From: a virus
Reading direction: 5' to 3' (one strand)
Length of the DNA stretch: 64,000 nucleotides
IMG/VR virus record: IMGVR_UViG_3300044641_010328
Coordinates: 1-64,000 of that record
Shown: one piece after another, positions 15,017 through 25,612 of the stretch
Layout: each line of letters opens with the position of its first letter
Numbering within the stretch: the stretch's first letter is position 1
Made by a program: the position numbers and the translations under genes
Notes under the pieces: model-generated
The model's database searches: none
What the model saw: the letters and a program-made list of their open reading frames with translations, nothing else
Told to the model about the DNA's origin: nothing

Positions 15017-17530
15017 CTAGTTGTAGCCACCAGCCGCGACGGTCGCGCGGCGGAAGGTGTTGTTGATCACGGTGTTGAGGTCCTTCGAGAGGTAGAGCGG
15101 CGTGCCGAGCGGATTCGTGTCGGAGACGATGTACGACGTGATCGCGTACTTGATCGGATTTCCACCAGGTCCCGCCTCACCCATGCGCATCGCCTGCTCG
15201 GGCGTGATGATGTTGATGTCTTCGGGCAGGCTCGCTCTTGGGATGGGCGTCGGATCGTAGCTTGCATCAATGACGCTGAATCCTCCCGGGCCGTATGTCA
15301 CCATGTTCTTGTCCGACCGCCAGCGGATGGACTGGACCGGAAGGAATCCGACGTTGGCGCCCGGGCCTGGAGCCGCTAGCTGCTGCCTGCTCAGAGAGTA
15401 GTCAACGACCCAGTGTGCAGCCTGCTCACTTAGCATCCGCCGCGACTCGGAGATCACCTGCGAGCCGAGCGGGCTGCGGAGGCGAACGGGGACGAGGATG
15501 TACTCGAAGCTCGGATTTGCGACGCGAAGCTCGAAGTCATCACCTCCACCGACTGGAACCCGCTTCTGCAGGATCGCAGGAGTCCTCCGGACAGCCGGCG
15601 ATCCGTCCTTCTTGATGTAGACGTTGTCGAGCTCAAAACCGGGTGAGGTGCCTGCAACTGTCCGGCCCGGGCGCGAGGTGATGTTTGTGACCTCTCGCGC
15701 AAGATCAGCAGCGCTCGGGCCTGCTGCAGGGGCTGGCTTGGGAACGATCGCCTTGAAGTCGATGATGGGAGTCGCGTAGGACAGCGTCGTGACCAGGACG
15801 TAAGCCTCATCTTCGATCTGCAGGATGAACCTGACCTGCTGACCCATCATCTTCAGGAGGCTCTTTGCGTCATCGCCAGAGACATCAGGCGTGATGCTGA
15901 AGCCCTTGATGGTGGCTGGATCGTTAGCGCCATTGCCGATGCACACGACCAAGCCCTTCGGGTAGTCGCGACTGAGCGCCTTGAGCTTGATGAGATTGGG
16001 AGTTGACGGAGCGCTTCCAGCAGGAACGGGACCGGTCTCAGAGCCGCCGAGCTCGATGAAGATCTTGGCTGTCCGGGGGATCATGTCATTGTTCGGGCCC
16101 AGGATGGTCAGGAACGGGAAGGGCGAGGCAGCGCCGGAAAAGAGCAGCTCCTGCCAGAGAGGATCGTCGGAGAAGAAGGTGCCGCCCGATCGAATCTCAA
16201 CCTGCGCAGCAGCTGCCTCAACTTCGTTGTATTTCGGTCCTGCAGAGGCTGCATAGGTGAAGCGGAGGAACCGGATGAGGCCCTGGTCGCCTGCCGGAAA
16301 CTTGTCACCGGCGCCGGACCAGCTGGGCCTTGTGGCGCCCTTCAGGCCACTGAGCTTGTTGATCTTGTTAGGATAATCTTCAAAGAAGAGATTGGCCTTA
16401 CCTGTAGCTTTTGCCTCGATCGTCTCGATGAGAGCTGTCAGAGCAGCAGCTGCACTTGGTCCGAACGTGTTGCCCTGCTTGATCGCGTCGCCGAGTGCAT
16501 TATTGGGCTTCGCTTTTGTGCCTAGATTCCTTGCATATTTTTCATAATAAAGATCGACGTTATTCGCGAGGAAGAGGAGAAGGGGATCGTCGGCTGGCGC
16601 CGGAGCGGAGGCGGCTGGCGTGGGCGCATTGCTGTCGGGTGTAGTTGTGTCGATGACTGCTCTAGCTGTATCACTGACAGCACCTGTGACAGCAGACGCC
16701 GCTGCAACGACGGCGCTAGGCTGTGCAGGCTCTACACCGACGACGTTGAACATCGTGAGGAGGTAGTCTGCAAAGCCATCGACGCCCGCGGGGGCGGTCT
16801 GATTAGTAGCGCTAGCGAAGTCTGTGCCAGCAACGTTAAGATATCCTTTTAAGACTGCTGAGATTGTGACATCAGGCTTCTCAAGTTCTGCTATGAGTGT
16901 ATCCCAATCAGACTCTTTGAAGGCTTTATTGATCAGATCTTGCTCATCTACATCATTCAAGCCCAGCTTGGACTTGAACCAATTCTTGAGACGTTCAGAT
17001 CCGCTTGTCTTGCTCGCAGCGATCTTTTCCTTCAATTTTTTGCACAGCATGACAAGAATAGCCAGCGTGATGGGGCTTGGGTCTTTCTCGCCAGAAATGT
17101 TGCTAATGTCCTCCAGAGCGGTCGTCTCTTCGACCTGAGATCCAGAATACGTGTGCTGCCTATTCTCTGTTCCTGCTATACCTGCAGGTGTCGCTAGCGC
17201 AACCATCGTGTCGTTCAGCTTTTTGAACAAATTATCGTCGCCGCGCTTGTGCGCGAAAACGGTTGTGGTGGCTCCGCCCGGAGCAGAAGATTTCTTTGCA
17301 GAAGAACCATTCGCGGCGCCCAACTCAGCTTTTGTTTTAAGGATCACATTTGAAGCATCACCATATGCATATCTTTTTGGTTGACCTGCCGGTGTCTCAT
17401 CTCCTGCCTCATAGCGGCTGAGTGTGGTGACGCCCACATTTATGCTGGTTGGCGGTGACCAGTCCGCCTCATTTAGCAGCACTCGGCGCACGGCTTCTCG
17501 GATCCGCTCCTCTTCAGGCAATCTTTTCAT
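15017..17530 (-). CDS. Large hypothetical protein, probable virion or internal head protein
   Basis: 837 aa; N-terminal IREAVRRVLLNE; Ala/Pro linkers. Confidence 0.7.
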   Translation of the reverse strand: MKRLPEEERIREAVRRVLLNEADWSPPTSINVGVTTLSRYEAGDETPAGQPKRYAYGDASNVILKTKAELGAANGSSAKKSSAPGGATTTVFAHKRGDDNLFKKLNDTMVALATPAGIAGTENRQHTYSGSQVEETTALEDISNISGEKDPSPITLAILVMLCKKLKEKIAASKTSGSERLKNWFKSKLGLNDVDEQDLINKAFKESDWDTLIAELEKPDVTISAVLKGYLNVAGTDFASATNQTAPAGVDGFADYLLTMFNVVGVEPAQPSAVVAAASAVTGAVSDTARAVIDTTTPDSNAPTPAASAPAPADDPLLLFLANNVDLYYEKYARNLGTKAKPNNALGDAIKQGNTFGPSAAAALTALIETIEAKATGKANLFFEDYPNKINKLSGLKGATRPSWSGAGDKFPAGDQGLIRFLRFTYAASAGPKYNEVEAAAAQVEIRSGGTFFSDDPLWQELLFSGAASPFPFLTILGPNNDMIPRTAKIFIELGGSETGPVPAGSAPSTPNLIKLKALSRDYPKGLVVCIGNGANDPATIKGFSITPDVSGDDAKSLLKMMGQQVRFILQIEDEAYVLVTTLSYATPIIDFKAIVPKPAPAAGPSAADLAREVTNITSRPGRTVAGTSPGFELDNVYIKKDGSPAVRRTPAILQKRVPVGGGDDFELRVANPSFEYILVPVRLRSPLGSQVISESRRMLSEQAAHWVVDYSLSRQQLAAPGPGANVGFLPVQSIRWRSDKNMVTYGPGGFSVIDASYDPTPIPRASLPEDINIITPEQAMRMGEAGPGGNPIKYAITSYIVSDTNPLGTPLYLSKDLNTVINNTFRRATVAAGGYN

Positions 17531-17532
17531 GG

Positions 17533-19800
17533 CTATTCCTTCTTCTTTGATGCGACGAGAGCATCATACTCAGTCTTCGTAATTCCACCGTTTATTGCCT
17601 TTTCTGCGAAGTTTGCGATCGCAGCTGCGAGCCTTTCGCCTCTCACTTGGTCTTTTCGTACATCTTCTGTGTATTGAGCTGGGCTAATTGATGTGGGCAT
17701 CCGAATGAATGTGCCTAGCTTTCCTGTCTCAAAGCCACCCTCCGACCAGTCTTCGGCCAAGTATTTAAGCTCGTTAGCTGTGCCAGAAGAAAGAGAATTT
17801 TTGGCTTTCATGTTCGAGAATGCCTCTTGAAACGATGCCAATACTCCGGGCGCGTCCTTCGACATCTGGGTCACTGAGATCTCAGCGAGTGCTAGGCCCT
17901 TGTTGAGTATGTTCATCGCTGTAACGTAGGTGGCGATTGTTCCAGCGTTGGTGATCATCCCGCGGTAGAGAAGCGTGGTATAAACATCCCCGAAGTATTG
18001 GATGACGTTATCGTATGGGATTCCAAATCGAGTCGAGAGAGCACCCAGGTTGTCTTTGACGCGCTTGAGCGACTTCTCTTTTGCTTGAATTATTTGAGAC
18101 TTTTGTCTTAATCTTTCAAGCAGATCGTTAGTCACGCTGGCGGGAACAGAAGTCGGTATTAGGCTCTTTTCCGCTGCGGCGACATCAAAGCTTCCCGCTG
18201 CTTTTCTTGCCCGTGGAACAAATTCCTCAAGCTCGCTGAGGCGTGCCGCGTCATCTTCTGAGAAAACGGGTCGAGATGTTGAACTCAAAAGCGCTTGATC
18301 TTCTGCACTCATTTGGCTGGTCAGTTGCGTGCGTGACAAAGGATTTGAGCTTCCTCTTTGTGCAAGCACAGAAGCGTTTATTTTGTCTTCTAGCTCGCGA
18401 TATCTTTCTACATCAGCCTTCTTCCTCCTGAGCGTCACCAGCTCGGCCTCGAGACCCTGTATTGCAGTTGTCCGACCAACTGAGGTAGCAACAGTGGTTC
18501 CCGCTGGTGATAGTCTCTGTAGAGTCGGAGTAAGATTCAGGACCTCTGTCTCGAATTTGATGATTTCTTCGTCAAGAGCTCTTTCTCTTTTGACAAGTGT
18601 AAGTGCTTGTTCGTATCCCGTTTCATTCTGAAGCACCCTGAAGGCCTGAGGGAGCGAATCAATCTCTGCCTGAACAGATGCCTGCCACGCCTCGACATTT
18701 CCTCTTGCAGCAGAGATCTCACCGAACGGGTCAGCTAACCGTGCAATAGGCGCCTTGGTCGCAGTTTTGAGTGCCTGTGCGCCTCCTGCCAGAAGAATGG
18801 AACCAATTATTTCAAGAATTATCCACCCAGCGCCTGAAGCCTGTTCATCGCTGTAGATCTTATTTGCACCGTCGACAAGGGCAAAGACAGTAAGCTGCTT
18901 AGATCTGATAAATGGCTCTTGCACTACAGTGGGTCTGTTGTAGCCTGCAATTAAAATATCAGATATCTTTTCAAGATCATCAAGGCTAAGGTAATCGTAA
19001 GCGGGCCCGCCTATTCCTTCCATGATATTGTAAATCTGTCTAGCAAGATTTGCTATTGGATAAAATTGGTCATCTTCAATTTGGCTGATTGTAGAATTCA
19101 AATCTTTGATGACTCCCTGTATGTCAAAACCCTGATTGAATGCTTCAATTAGGCTGGAAACCTGTACGCTGCCGAGAGTGCCTCCCTCCAGCACATCAAT
19201 GTCTTCTTCAGTTGTTCGAGTTGTTGGCGGCGTCGTGTAATAGCCAAGCTCTTTATCTTTGACACTGTCTGGTGGGACGTTCGGAGTCAATGATCCAGTC
19301 TTGAATGCCTTTTCCACCAAGAAACTGTATAATCCTGAGAGTGTCTTGGGCTTGTTGCTATACACGAGCAGTTGATCAATTTCTGGCATAATATCAAGAA
19401 TGGGCACTTGCACCAGTTCTTGATTTTTATCCATTGCGTTGACATAAGAAAATCCGCCAGCAAGTTTCTCTATGAGAAAAGCTGTGATCATCTGATTGAT
19501 TTTCAGTCCGCTGAGCTGTGCGTTGTCAATCATTCTAAAGGCAGCCTGTGCTGTCAGTCCGTCTATTTTCTTGTCAGCGGGACTGGATTCAGCTGTGGTG
19601 AACTCTGGAATGCTCGTTTCTTTTGCAGACGGAGAAAACAGAAAATATACAAGGCGCTTTGCATTTTCTTTGTTGTTAGCAGCTGAGATTTCATCCGCGG
19701 CCATATCGATCAAAAAATTTGATCCCGTAGCTGTTCGAACTTCCGAAATCAGACGCATCACAGCACGCCTTAGATCTCTCTCCTTGACTACGATTCTCAT
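17533..19800 (-). CDS. Large hypothetical protein, probable virion protein with hydrophobic segment and coiled coil
   Basis: Start MRIVVKERDLRRAVMRLISE after ATATTTA; GWIILEIIGSILLAGG segment. Confidence 0.7.
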   Translation of the reverse strand: MRIVVKERDLRRAVMRLISEVRTATGSNFLIDMAADEISAANNKENAKRLVYFLFSPSAKETSIPEFTTAESSPADKKIDGLTAQAAFRMIDNAQLSGLKINQMITAFLIEKLAGGFSYVNAMDKNQELVQVPILDIMPEIDQLLVYSNKPKTLSGLYSFLVEKAFKTGSLTPNVPPDSVKDKELGYYTTPPTTRTTEEDIDVLEGGTLGSVQVSSLIEAFNQGFDIQGVIKDLNSTISQIEDDQFYPIANLARQIYNIMEGIGGPAYDYLSLDDLEKISDILIAGYNRPTVVQEPFIRSKQLTVFALVDGANKIYSDEQASGAGWIILEIIGSILLAGGAQALKTATKAPIARLADPFGEISAARGNVEAWQASVQAEIDSLPQAFRVLQNETGYEQALTLVKRERALDEEIIKFETEVLNLTPTLQRLSPAGTTVATSVGRTTAIQGLEAELVTLRRKKADVERYRELEDKINASVLAQRGSSNPLSRTQLTSQMSAEDQALLSSTSRPVFSEDDAARLSELEEFVPRARKAAGSFDVAAAEKSLIPTSVPASVTNDLLERLRQKSQIIQAKEKSLKRVKDNLGALSTRFGIPYDNVIQYFGDVYTTLLYRGMITNAGTIATYVTAMNILNKGLALAEISVTQMSKDAPGVLASFQEAFSNMKAKNSLSSGTANELKYLAEDWSEGGFETGKLGTFIRMPTSISPAQYTEDVRKDQVRGERLAAAIANFAEKAINGGITKTEYDALVASKKKE

Positions 19801-19873
19801 TGATTCATTCCTTCCTTGAATTAAATATCTCACAGAATATCGATATGTAATTAATCGGCAGGGCGAGAAAACC

Positions 19874-20830
19874 ATGAACAAGACGATTGTAAGAAGATTT
19901 ATCAGAGAAAGCTTGGAGCACAGTTCTCAATTGAAAGACAATCATCAGATTAATGAAATCGCTCCTGCAATTATAGGAGGGCTAGCGCTTCTTTACTCTT
20001 TGTTGCCAAATGTTGCAAATGCGCCAGACGTCTGTGATACAACATATCGGTTCTCCTCATCACAAATTGCTGTAGGTGCTCTTTTGTCTTGTTGTCTTGT
20101 TTGGGAGCTTGGACTGGCACCTGCAGGATCAAGCGTTGCAATACGATTCCCACGAGTGGCAGCTGCTATTAAATCTCAAACTTTCTTGTCTTCTATATTT
20201 TCGTCAGGAGTTATTGCATATCGGTGTGTTAGAATAGTTGAAATAGCTTGCTCAGAAACTGCGGATACAAATCAGCTTATTGCAAAGGAAGTATCAGATC
20301 TTGCTCTAGAGCTTATTACAATTTGGACGATACACTTCGCATCACAGTATTCTGGATCGATCATTGCAGGAAAAGTAACAATACCACCCGGATCGGGACC
20401 GGTAACACAAGGGATCAAGTCTGCAAGCGATATTGTTTCTGGTCTTGCTCTGGCACTTAGCTCAATTCCTGACCCGATAAAAGCCATGGTTCCGCAACTT
20501 GCAGCCGGTCTTTCCATTGTTGCATTAAATTCTAAGAAAGACGTAATTTCACAAAATGTCGCAGAATCAGTTTCCGGATATCCTATTTCCACTTACCTGG
20601 AAGATTTAGAAGAAGCTGAGTCTAGGTCAATGATGGAGAAATCAATCATTGATGATATAAACAGACTATCTGATGAAAAAACAATTTATGGCATGATCAA
20701 AGCATCAGAAAAACCAGAAAATATTACAATATTTGGAATTGATATCATAAACAACTGGAAAAGTGTCTACGTCTGCTCTTCTGAAGCTATCAAATCGCAT
20801 GCGCTTAAAATGCAAAAGTCTCTTGATTAG
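19874..20830 (+). CDS. Hypothetical membrane-type protein, the only credible plus-strand gene
   Basis: 318 aa filling a gap with no long minus-strand ORF; several hydrophobic stretches; GTAATTA upstream. Confidence 0.75.
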   Translation: MNKTIVRRFIRESLEHSSQLKDNHQINEIAPAIIGGLALLYSLLPNVANAPDVCDTTYRFSSSQIAVGALLSCCLVWELGLAPAGSSVAIRFPRVAAAIKSQTFLSSIFSSGVIAYRCVRIVEIACSETADTNQLIAKEVSDLALELITIWTIHFASQYSGSIIAGKVTIPPGSGPVTQGIKSASDIVSGLALALSSIPDPIKAMVPQLAAGLSIVALNSKKDVISQNVAESVSGYPISTYLEDLEEAESRSMMEKSIIDDINRLSDEKTIYGMIKASEKPENITIFGIDIINNWKSVYVCSSEAIKSHALKMQKSLD

Positions 20831-20841
20831 ATTGCAGGTGC

Positions 20842-21321
20842 TTACCTCGTATGCTCATCAGCCACACAAGACGAAGCCCAGCTCTCTGGCTTCAGCTTGC
20901 ACTCAAATCCAGCTGCCTTCGCGTAACCAGCCACTTGATCTGCAACGCCATTCGATAGATTCTCCTTGTGCTGACTGACGTCTAGGTGGATCTCGATCCT
21001 CGCTTCGGGAAACTCCTCCTGCAGCTCAAGGCCCAGCATGATTGACATTTCAGCCTCAGCCATCAGCCGTGCACGCATCGAGCTTCGTAGAGGAATCTGC
21101 GTCCGAGTCCGACTGAAGAAGTATCGGCCGCCACGTCGCTCACTCTCGTTGTAGAGCACAATCGCGGTCGCGTAGGTGCAGCACGTCCCGATGACATTGC
21201 TATCACAACCGATAAAGATCCTGCCTCCGGAAACGACGTGATCTCGAATGATCTGTGTGATCTGGTCGCTTGGTACGTGTGCACCTGCTGCGCTGTGCCA
21301 TAACTGCTCTCTCCACGTCAT
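20842..21321 (-). CDS. RNase H-like YkuK family protein
   Basis: IFIGCDS, YATAIV, GGRYF, RL..E...S, EIHLDV. Confidence 0.8.
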   Translation of the reverse strand: MTWREQLWHSAAGAHVPSDQITQIIRDHVVSGGRIFIGCDSNVIGTCCTYATAIVLYNESERRGGRYFFSRTRTQIPLRSSMRARLMAEAEMSIMLGLELQEEFPEARIEIHLDVSQHKENLSNGVADQVAGYAKAAGFECKLKPESWASSCVADEHTR

Positions 21322-22985
21322 GATCCCTCCTTGATCGCAACCCTGAATGCATCGGGGAAGAGCTCCTTGTGCTGCCCATAGAACCTGCGCCAGTCAGCAT
21401 CGAGGATGTAGGTTGCAGCGTGATCAGTCTCGCTGCGAATCGCGCGACCTACCGACTGGACGATCGTCTTCACAGTCTGCATCGGGTACCACCAGGTCCA
21501 GCGGTGCATCCGCTTGCGGACAAGCTTATCGCCGAGCGAAGGATACGGCACCTTCATCAGGATCTGGAATCGTGCAAGGTCATCTCGAAGGTCGACGCCC
21601 TCAGCCATGCTGGGTGAGACGAGGACGGTAGGCTCCTTTGATGTGAGGTGCTTCTTCAGCGCTTCCTCACGATCGTGGCTGTCATGAAAGATCAGCCGCT
21701 TATCTCGGATATTCTTCTTTAGATAGTTGGCCACCTTAAACGAGTGAGCATGGATGATGCCCTTCTCACCCTTGTGCTCCTTCAGGATCTCCTTCACCGC
21801 CTGCACCATCTTGGGCAGTGTGTTGTCGATGTTGTCAGCAGACATGCTGCCGATAGGGAAGGGCATGATGGGTCGATTCTCAGACGGGAACGGTGTCGGG
21901 ATCGTCAGGCAGGCGCGCTGCGCCTCGGGAATGCCCAGGCTCTCTGAGAAGATATCGGGTCGAATGACAGTTGCTGACATCAGCAGCACGCGCTTCCCGA
22001 GCCGGAACAGCGTGTCCTCCGCGAACGGCGAGACGTCAATTGGCTTGAAGGTGATCTTTGCACCGGACCCGCCGACAGGTGGCAGGCTCTCGAAAACCCA
22101 GTTGTCCGCGTTCTGCACCTGCAGGAACTTGATCACCTTGTCGACATGAGACTTCAGCGCGGTGCACTTCTTGAGCAGGTCGGCGTACTCCTTCTCATGC
22201 CCCTCGAGGCCCTTGAAGTCCTGGACGTCACGTTCCATCTCGAGGACGACACGCTGCGCGTTCAGGAGGTAGACCTCCTTGATCCACTTCACTGCCTGCG
22301 CGTGTGTTGCAACCTCGGGCCACTCGAGACCAATTCCGTGCGCAGTGCGATCAGTGATCGCAAGCTCGATGAAGCGGCTCAGCTCGGGATCTGCATTGTG
22401 GCACTCATCGACCACCAGCAGGTTGCGCTTGCTGATCTTGCCGCTGCCTCCAGCTGATTCGGTCAGCGCGTAGGAGAAGTTCGTGACCGACTCAGGCGCC
22501 TCAAGGAATGACTTCTTCTCGTTCTTGTAGTTGCAGTTCGAGATGCAGGACTTGAAGAACCGAGATGACTTATCAGCAGCGCGCAGCATCTGCTGCCCCT
22601 CGCTGCAGCTGATCTTCTTGTGAAATCCGCAGGTGTAATTCGCTGAAGAGCGGATTGACTTCATGCAGCCCTTATTGCCGCCGAAGTCATCGAGGTACTG
22701 CTCCTGCAGGATCTTCTGTGTCGTCAGGAACCAGGCACCCGGTGCCACCTCAGGCTTCTGATTGGGGTCTGTAGAGGCTGCAGGAGGATCATGCGCGTTC
22801 AGGTACCGTGCCACAGTGACAGCAATAGCAGACTTGCCAACACCAGTGCCAAGATCAGCAATGACAAATCGCTTCCCATCTTCGACAAATGACTTCAGGA
22901 TGAAGTTGATCGCCTCGATCTGCTCAGAACGGGGCTCTTTGAAGGGGAAGTATTGGACCCAGCTATCGCGGTCAATGTTGCTCAC
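21318..22985 (-). CDS. DinG/Rad3-like SF2 helicase
   Basis: GTGVGKS, DECH, LMSAT, EGVD, QSVGRAIRS; Fe-S-type Cys residues; GTG start after GGAG. Confidence 0.9.
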   Translation of the reverse strand: MSNIDRDSWVQYFPFKEPRSEQIEAINFILKSFVEDGKRFVIADLGTGVGKSAIAVTVARYLNAHDPPAASTDPNQKPEVAPGAWFLTTQKILQEQYLDDFGGNKGCMKSIRSSANYTCGFHKKISCSEGQQMLRAADKSSRFFKSCISNCNYKNEKKSFLEAPESVTNFSYALTESAGGSGKISKRNLLVVDECHNADPELSRFIELAITDRTAHGIGLEWPEVATHAQAVKWIKEVYLLNAQRVVLEMERDVQDFKGLEGHEKEYADLLKKCTALKSHVDKVIKFLQVQNADNWVFESLPPVGGSGAKITFKPIDVSPFAEDTLFRLGKRVLLMSATVIRPDIFSESLGIPEAQRACLTIPTPFPSENRPIMPFPIGSMSADNIDNTLPKMVQAVKEILKEHKGEKGIIHAHSFKVANYLKKNIRDKRLIFHDSHDREEALKKHLTSKEPTVLVSPSMAEGVDLRDDLARFQILMKVPYPSLGDKLVRKRMHRWTWWYPMQTVKTIVQSVGRAIRSETDHAATYILDADWRRFYGQHKELFPDAFRVAIKEGS

Positions 22986-23554
22986 TGATTCTCCGTTGGA
23001 TTCCACCAGGTGGGCTGCGCGCTGTATTTCCACTTTGCGATCCGCACCTTGTGCTTGTTGTAGTAATTCCTGTAAGATTGTACAGCGTCATCTGGCACTT
23101 TGCAATCCTCGGGCATCGCAAGCGCAAAAGGAGTGATGCCGACAGGATCATCGACACGACCCTCAAAGGTGGGCGGGATCATGCGGTTGAGCCAGCGGTG
23201 GACCTCGTGGCTCTTGTGCACCTTTCCGTAGCGCTTCGTGTACTCCGCGCAAAGTGCAAGACCTAGTCGGCTATGCCACATGTAGTTGCCCCAGACGCGC
23301 TGCGTCCACTGCGTGCACGGATGGTGCACGTGGCTCATCTTCCAGGGAGGCTGCAGATCCTTGGGAACATTGTCAAAAAGCCACTGCTGGAGCTGACGTG
23401 GCTTCAGGGGCGGTGCATTCAGCATTCGAGCCCACCCGAGCCAGTGTGCGGTACAGAGCATAGTTCCCGACTCTAAAATCATTTTAATTAGGTGTTTGTC
23501 GCAGTGATCAGCAGCGGCGCGCCCTGGATCATTATCTAGCACAAAGATGTTCAT
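22982..23554 (-). CDS. Pyrimidine-dimer DNA glycosylase family (DenV-like)
   Basis: MNIFVLD..P..AA..HCDKH..KM.LE, HHPCT.W, EY..RYGK.HKS. Confidence 0.85.
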   Translation of the reverse strand: MNIFVLDNDPGRAAADHCDKHLIKMILESGTMLCTAHWLGWARMLNAPPLKPRQLQQWLFDNVPKDLQPPWKMSHVHHPCTQWTQRVWGNYMWHSRLGLALCAEYTKRYGKVHKSHEVHRWLNRMIPPTFEGRVDDPVGITPFALAMPEDCKVPDDAVQSYRNYYNKHKVRIAKWKYSAQPTWWNPTENQ

Positions 23555-23572
23555 GCGTGCTCCTACAAGAAA

Positions 23573-23596
23573 GGCCCCTCATCTGTCTGAGGGGCC
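23573..23596 (-). terminator. Rho-independent terminator after greA
   Basis: GGCCCCTCA/TGAGGGGCC followed by TTTCTT. Confidence 0.7.
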
Positions 23597-23602
23597 CATT
23601 TT

Positions 23603-24067
23603 TCAAGTGGTGATCTGAATGATCTCGTACTGCGTGGTGCCCCTGGGGATGACCAGATCGACCACGTCGCCTGGTACTGCACCAAGCAGCGATTCGCCCA
23701 GTGGCGATGTAATGCTGACGCATCCGATACTAATGTCAGCCTCCGGCTCACCAACCAGCGTCACCCAGCGCTGCTTCTCAGAGCTGCAATCCTCGATTAG
23801 AACCTTGCTGCCAAATCCCACGCGATCTGTGGGCGGAGGCTCATCATTGATCTCATAGTTCTCAAGGACTTCAGCCAGCTCAGAGATTCGCCGCTCCACC
23901 ATCCTGCACTGCTCCTGTGCATGCAGGTATGATTCATTCTCCTCGAGTCGGCCTTCCTCGCGAGCGCTAACGACCTCAGCTTGCGCTGCCATCAGGTCTC
24001 GCGTCTGCATCTTTAGCAGGCGCTCCTGCAGGCGAGTCGCTCCAGCCGGTGTGAGCAGGTTGTGCAT
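23603..24067 (-). CDS. greA: Transcription elongation factor GreA
   Basis: AREEGRLEENESY, VGFGS.V, ISI..TSPLG..LLG; first catalytic Asp appears replaced (GRL.EN). Confidence 0.88.
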   Translation of the reverse strand: MHNLLTPAGATRLQERLLKMQTRDLMAAQAEVVSAREEGRLEENESYLHAQEQCRMVERRISELAEVLENYEINDEPPPTDRVGFGSKVLIEDCSSEKQRWVTLVGEPEADISIGCVSITSPLGESLLGAVPGDVVDLVIPRGTTQYEIIQITT

Positions 24068-24285
24068 TACTTCTCCAGAACCTCAAGGATGTTATCGAGC
24101 TCTGTGTTGTCGACATTCTCGCGCAGCTTACAGATTCGAAGCGCTGCCTTGAATGCCTTCAGGTCTAGCTTGTCCTTGTAATCCTCGAGGATCTCCTTTC
24201 GATCCTCCTGCAGAAGCTTGATCTCATTATCGATCTGGGTAATCTTCTCAACTAGCTCGCGAACGGTCTCAGAAGTCATTAACAT
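24067..24285 (-). CDS. GapR/DUF2312- or T4 DsbA-like dsDNA-binding protein
   Basis: VEKI..I..E...L.ED.KE......K...D.K.....L. Confidence 0.65.
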   Translation of the reverse strand: MLMTSETVRELVEKITQIDNEIKLLQEDRKEILEDYKDKLDLKAFKAALRICKLRENVDNTELDNILEVLEK

Positions 24286-24301
24286 ATCTCCTTAGGGTTG
24301 A

Positions 24302-24532
24302 TCAACTATATTCTTCGTTCTCGTCCTTTACAATGAACTCTTGCCAGATGTTTCCTTCCTCGTCCTCGTACTCACCAAGGGTAACATCAGGATCTTCCTG
24401 GATGATAGCCTTTGTCTGCTCCAGAGTGTACATCATGTCCATAAAGTCCTCAATATCGACGACAATCATGGTTCGATCAAACTTGAGATAGACCTGCTTT
24501 GTCTCTGGGTTGTATGCGCACTCATCCATCAT
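24302..24532 (-). CDS. Acidic hypothetical protein
   Basis: ORF with GGGAG RBS. Confidence 0.6.
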   Translation of the reverse strand: MMDECAYNPETKQVYLKFDRTMIVVDIEDFMDMMYTLEQTKAIIQEDPDVTLGEYEDEEGNIWQEFIVKDENEEYS

Positions 24533-24553
24533 GTCTCCCGTGTGTGGATACAA

Positions 24554-24850
24554 CTAACTATTGCGAGACTTCGATCGCTCCAGCAGGAGGTCGTAGACAC
24601 CGGACTGGAATCGAGGATCAGACGCGATACGACGCAGATCATCATTGGTTGCGCTCACACCGTAAGCCTCGCAGACGCCAGTTGCGACCTTGTCAAGCGC
24701 CGAGACGAGCACATTGCGTGCGGTGGATAGATTCATCTTGTGACCGTCTTCAGTCATCTTCTCAGCGATATCCTTGTATCCAAGGCCTCCGCTGAACTCC
24801 GTGAAAACCGAGTAACCGTGCTGCGACTTGTGTCCCTTGGGCTTTGCCAT
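24554..24850 (-). CDS. Stand-alone sigma region-4.2-like HTH protein
   Basis: LGYKDIAEKM...MNLSTARNVLVSALDK; coupled to the sigma stop with its own GGAGGT RBS. Confidence 0.65.
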   Translation of the reverse strand: MAKPKGHKSQHGYSVFTEFSGGLGYKDIAEKMTEDGHKMNLSTARNVLVSALDKVATGVCEAYGVSATNDDLRRIASDPRFQSGVYDLLLERSKSRNS

Positions 24851-25593
24851 CACTCACCTCCAACGAAAAGACGATTCTCAAACTTGCTATCATCCTGCAC
24901 ATCAGCGACGCCGAACCGCAGGCGTAGCACCTGCTCCTCTCGAGAGGTCAGTCGGTCGAGGCACTTGCTGATCGCCTGCATCACCTTCTGCCGATCAATC
25001 GCATCATCAGGAGGGGCAGCCTCCTCATCCGCGATCGTCTCGATCACCTTCTTGCCGTCGGCGTCGCCAATCATCTGGTCGAGCGAGACTGTGGAGCGGA
25101 CGCTGCTGCTGCTAAGCACATCCTTGACGGTGTCCACCGAGATGCACATCATCGCTGCGATCTCCTCGTGAGAGGGTCGAGTTCCGAACTTCGCATCGTA
25201 CTCCTCGACGAAGACCGAGATGTGCCAGGCGAGAGCCGTCATGTGCGCAGGAACCCGGATGTCGGAGGCGGTGTCGGTCACGTGGCGGCGGACAGCCTGC
25301 TTGATCCACCAGGATGCATAGGTCGAGAACTTGAATCCGCGGCGCCAGTCGAATCGGTCCACTGCCTTGATGAGTCCGATGTTGGACTCCTGGATCAGGT
25401 CCTCGAGGCTGCAGCCAGAGCGCTGGTGGCGCTTTGCGATCGAGACAGCGAGCCGAAGATTTGCCTCAATCATCTGGTCTCGAGCGCGCTTGTCACCGGC
25501 CTCGATCCGCTGTGAGAGAGTCACCTCCTCCTCGCGGGTTAGAAGACGGCCCTTGGAAAGATGGTTGAAGTAGGAATTCATTGAGTCAGCCAC
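24850..25593 (-). CDS. Sigma-70 family factor (RpoD/RpoS-like) ending after region 4.1
   Basis: [67 protein letters not shown] then stop. Confidence 0.92.
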   Translation of the reverse strand: MADSMNSYFNHLSKGRLLTREEEVTLSQRIEAGDKRARDQMIEANLRLAVSIAKRHQRSGCSLEDLIQESNIGLIKAVDRFDWRRGFKFSTYASWWIKQAVRRHVTDTASDIRVPAHMTALAWHISVFVEEYDAKFGTRPSHEEIAAMMCISVDTVKDVLSSSSVRSTVSLDQMIGDADGKKVIETIADEEAAPPDDAIDRQKVMQAISKCLDRLTSREEQVLRLRFGVADVQDDSKFENRLFVGGE

Positions 25594-25612
25594 GTTGTCT
25601 CCTTGTATAAAG

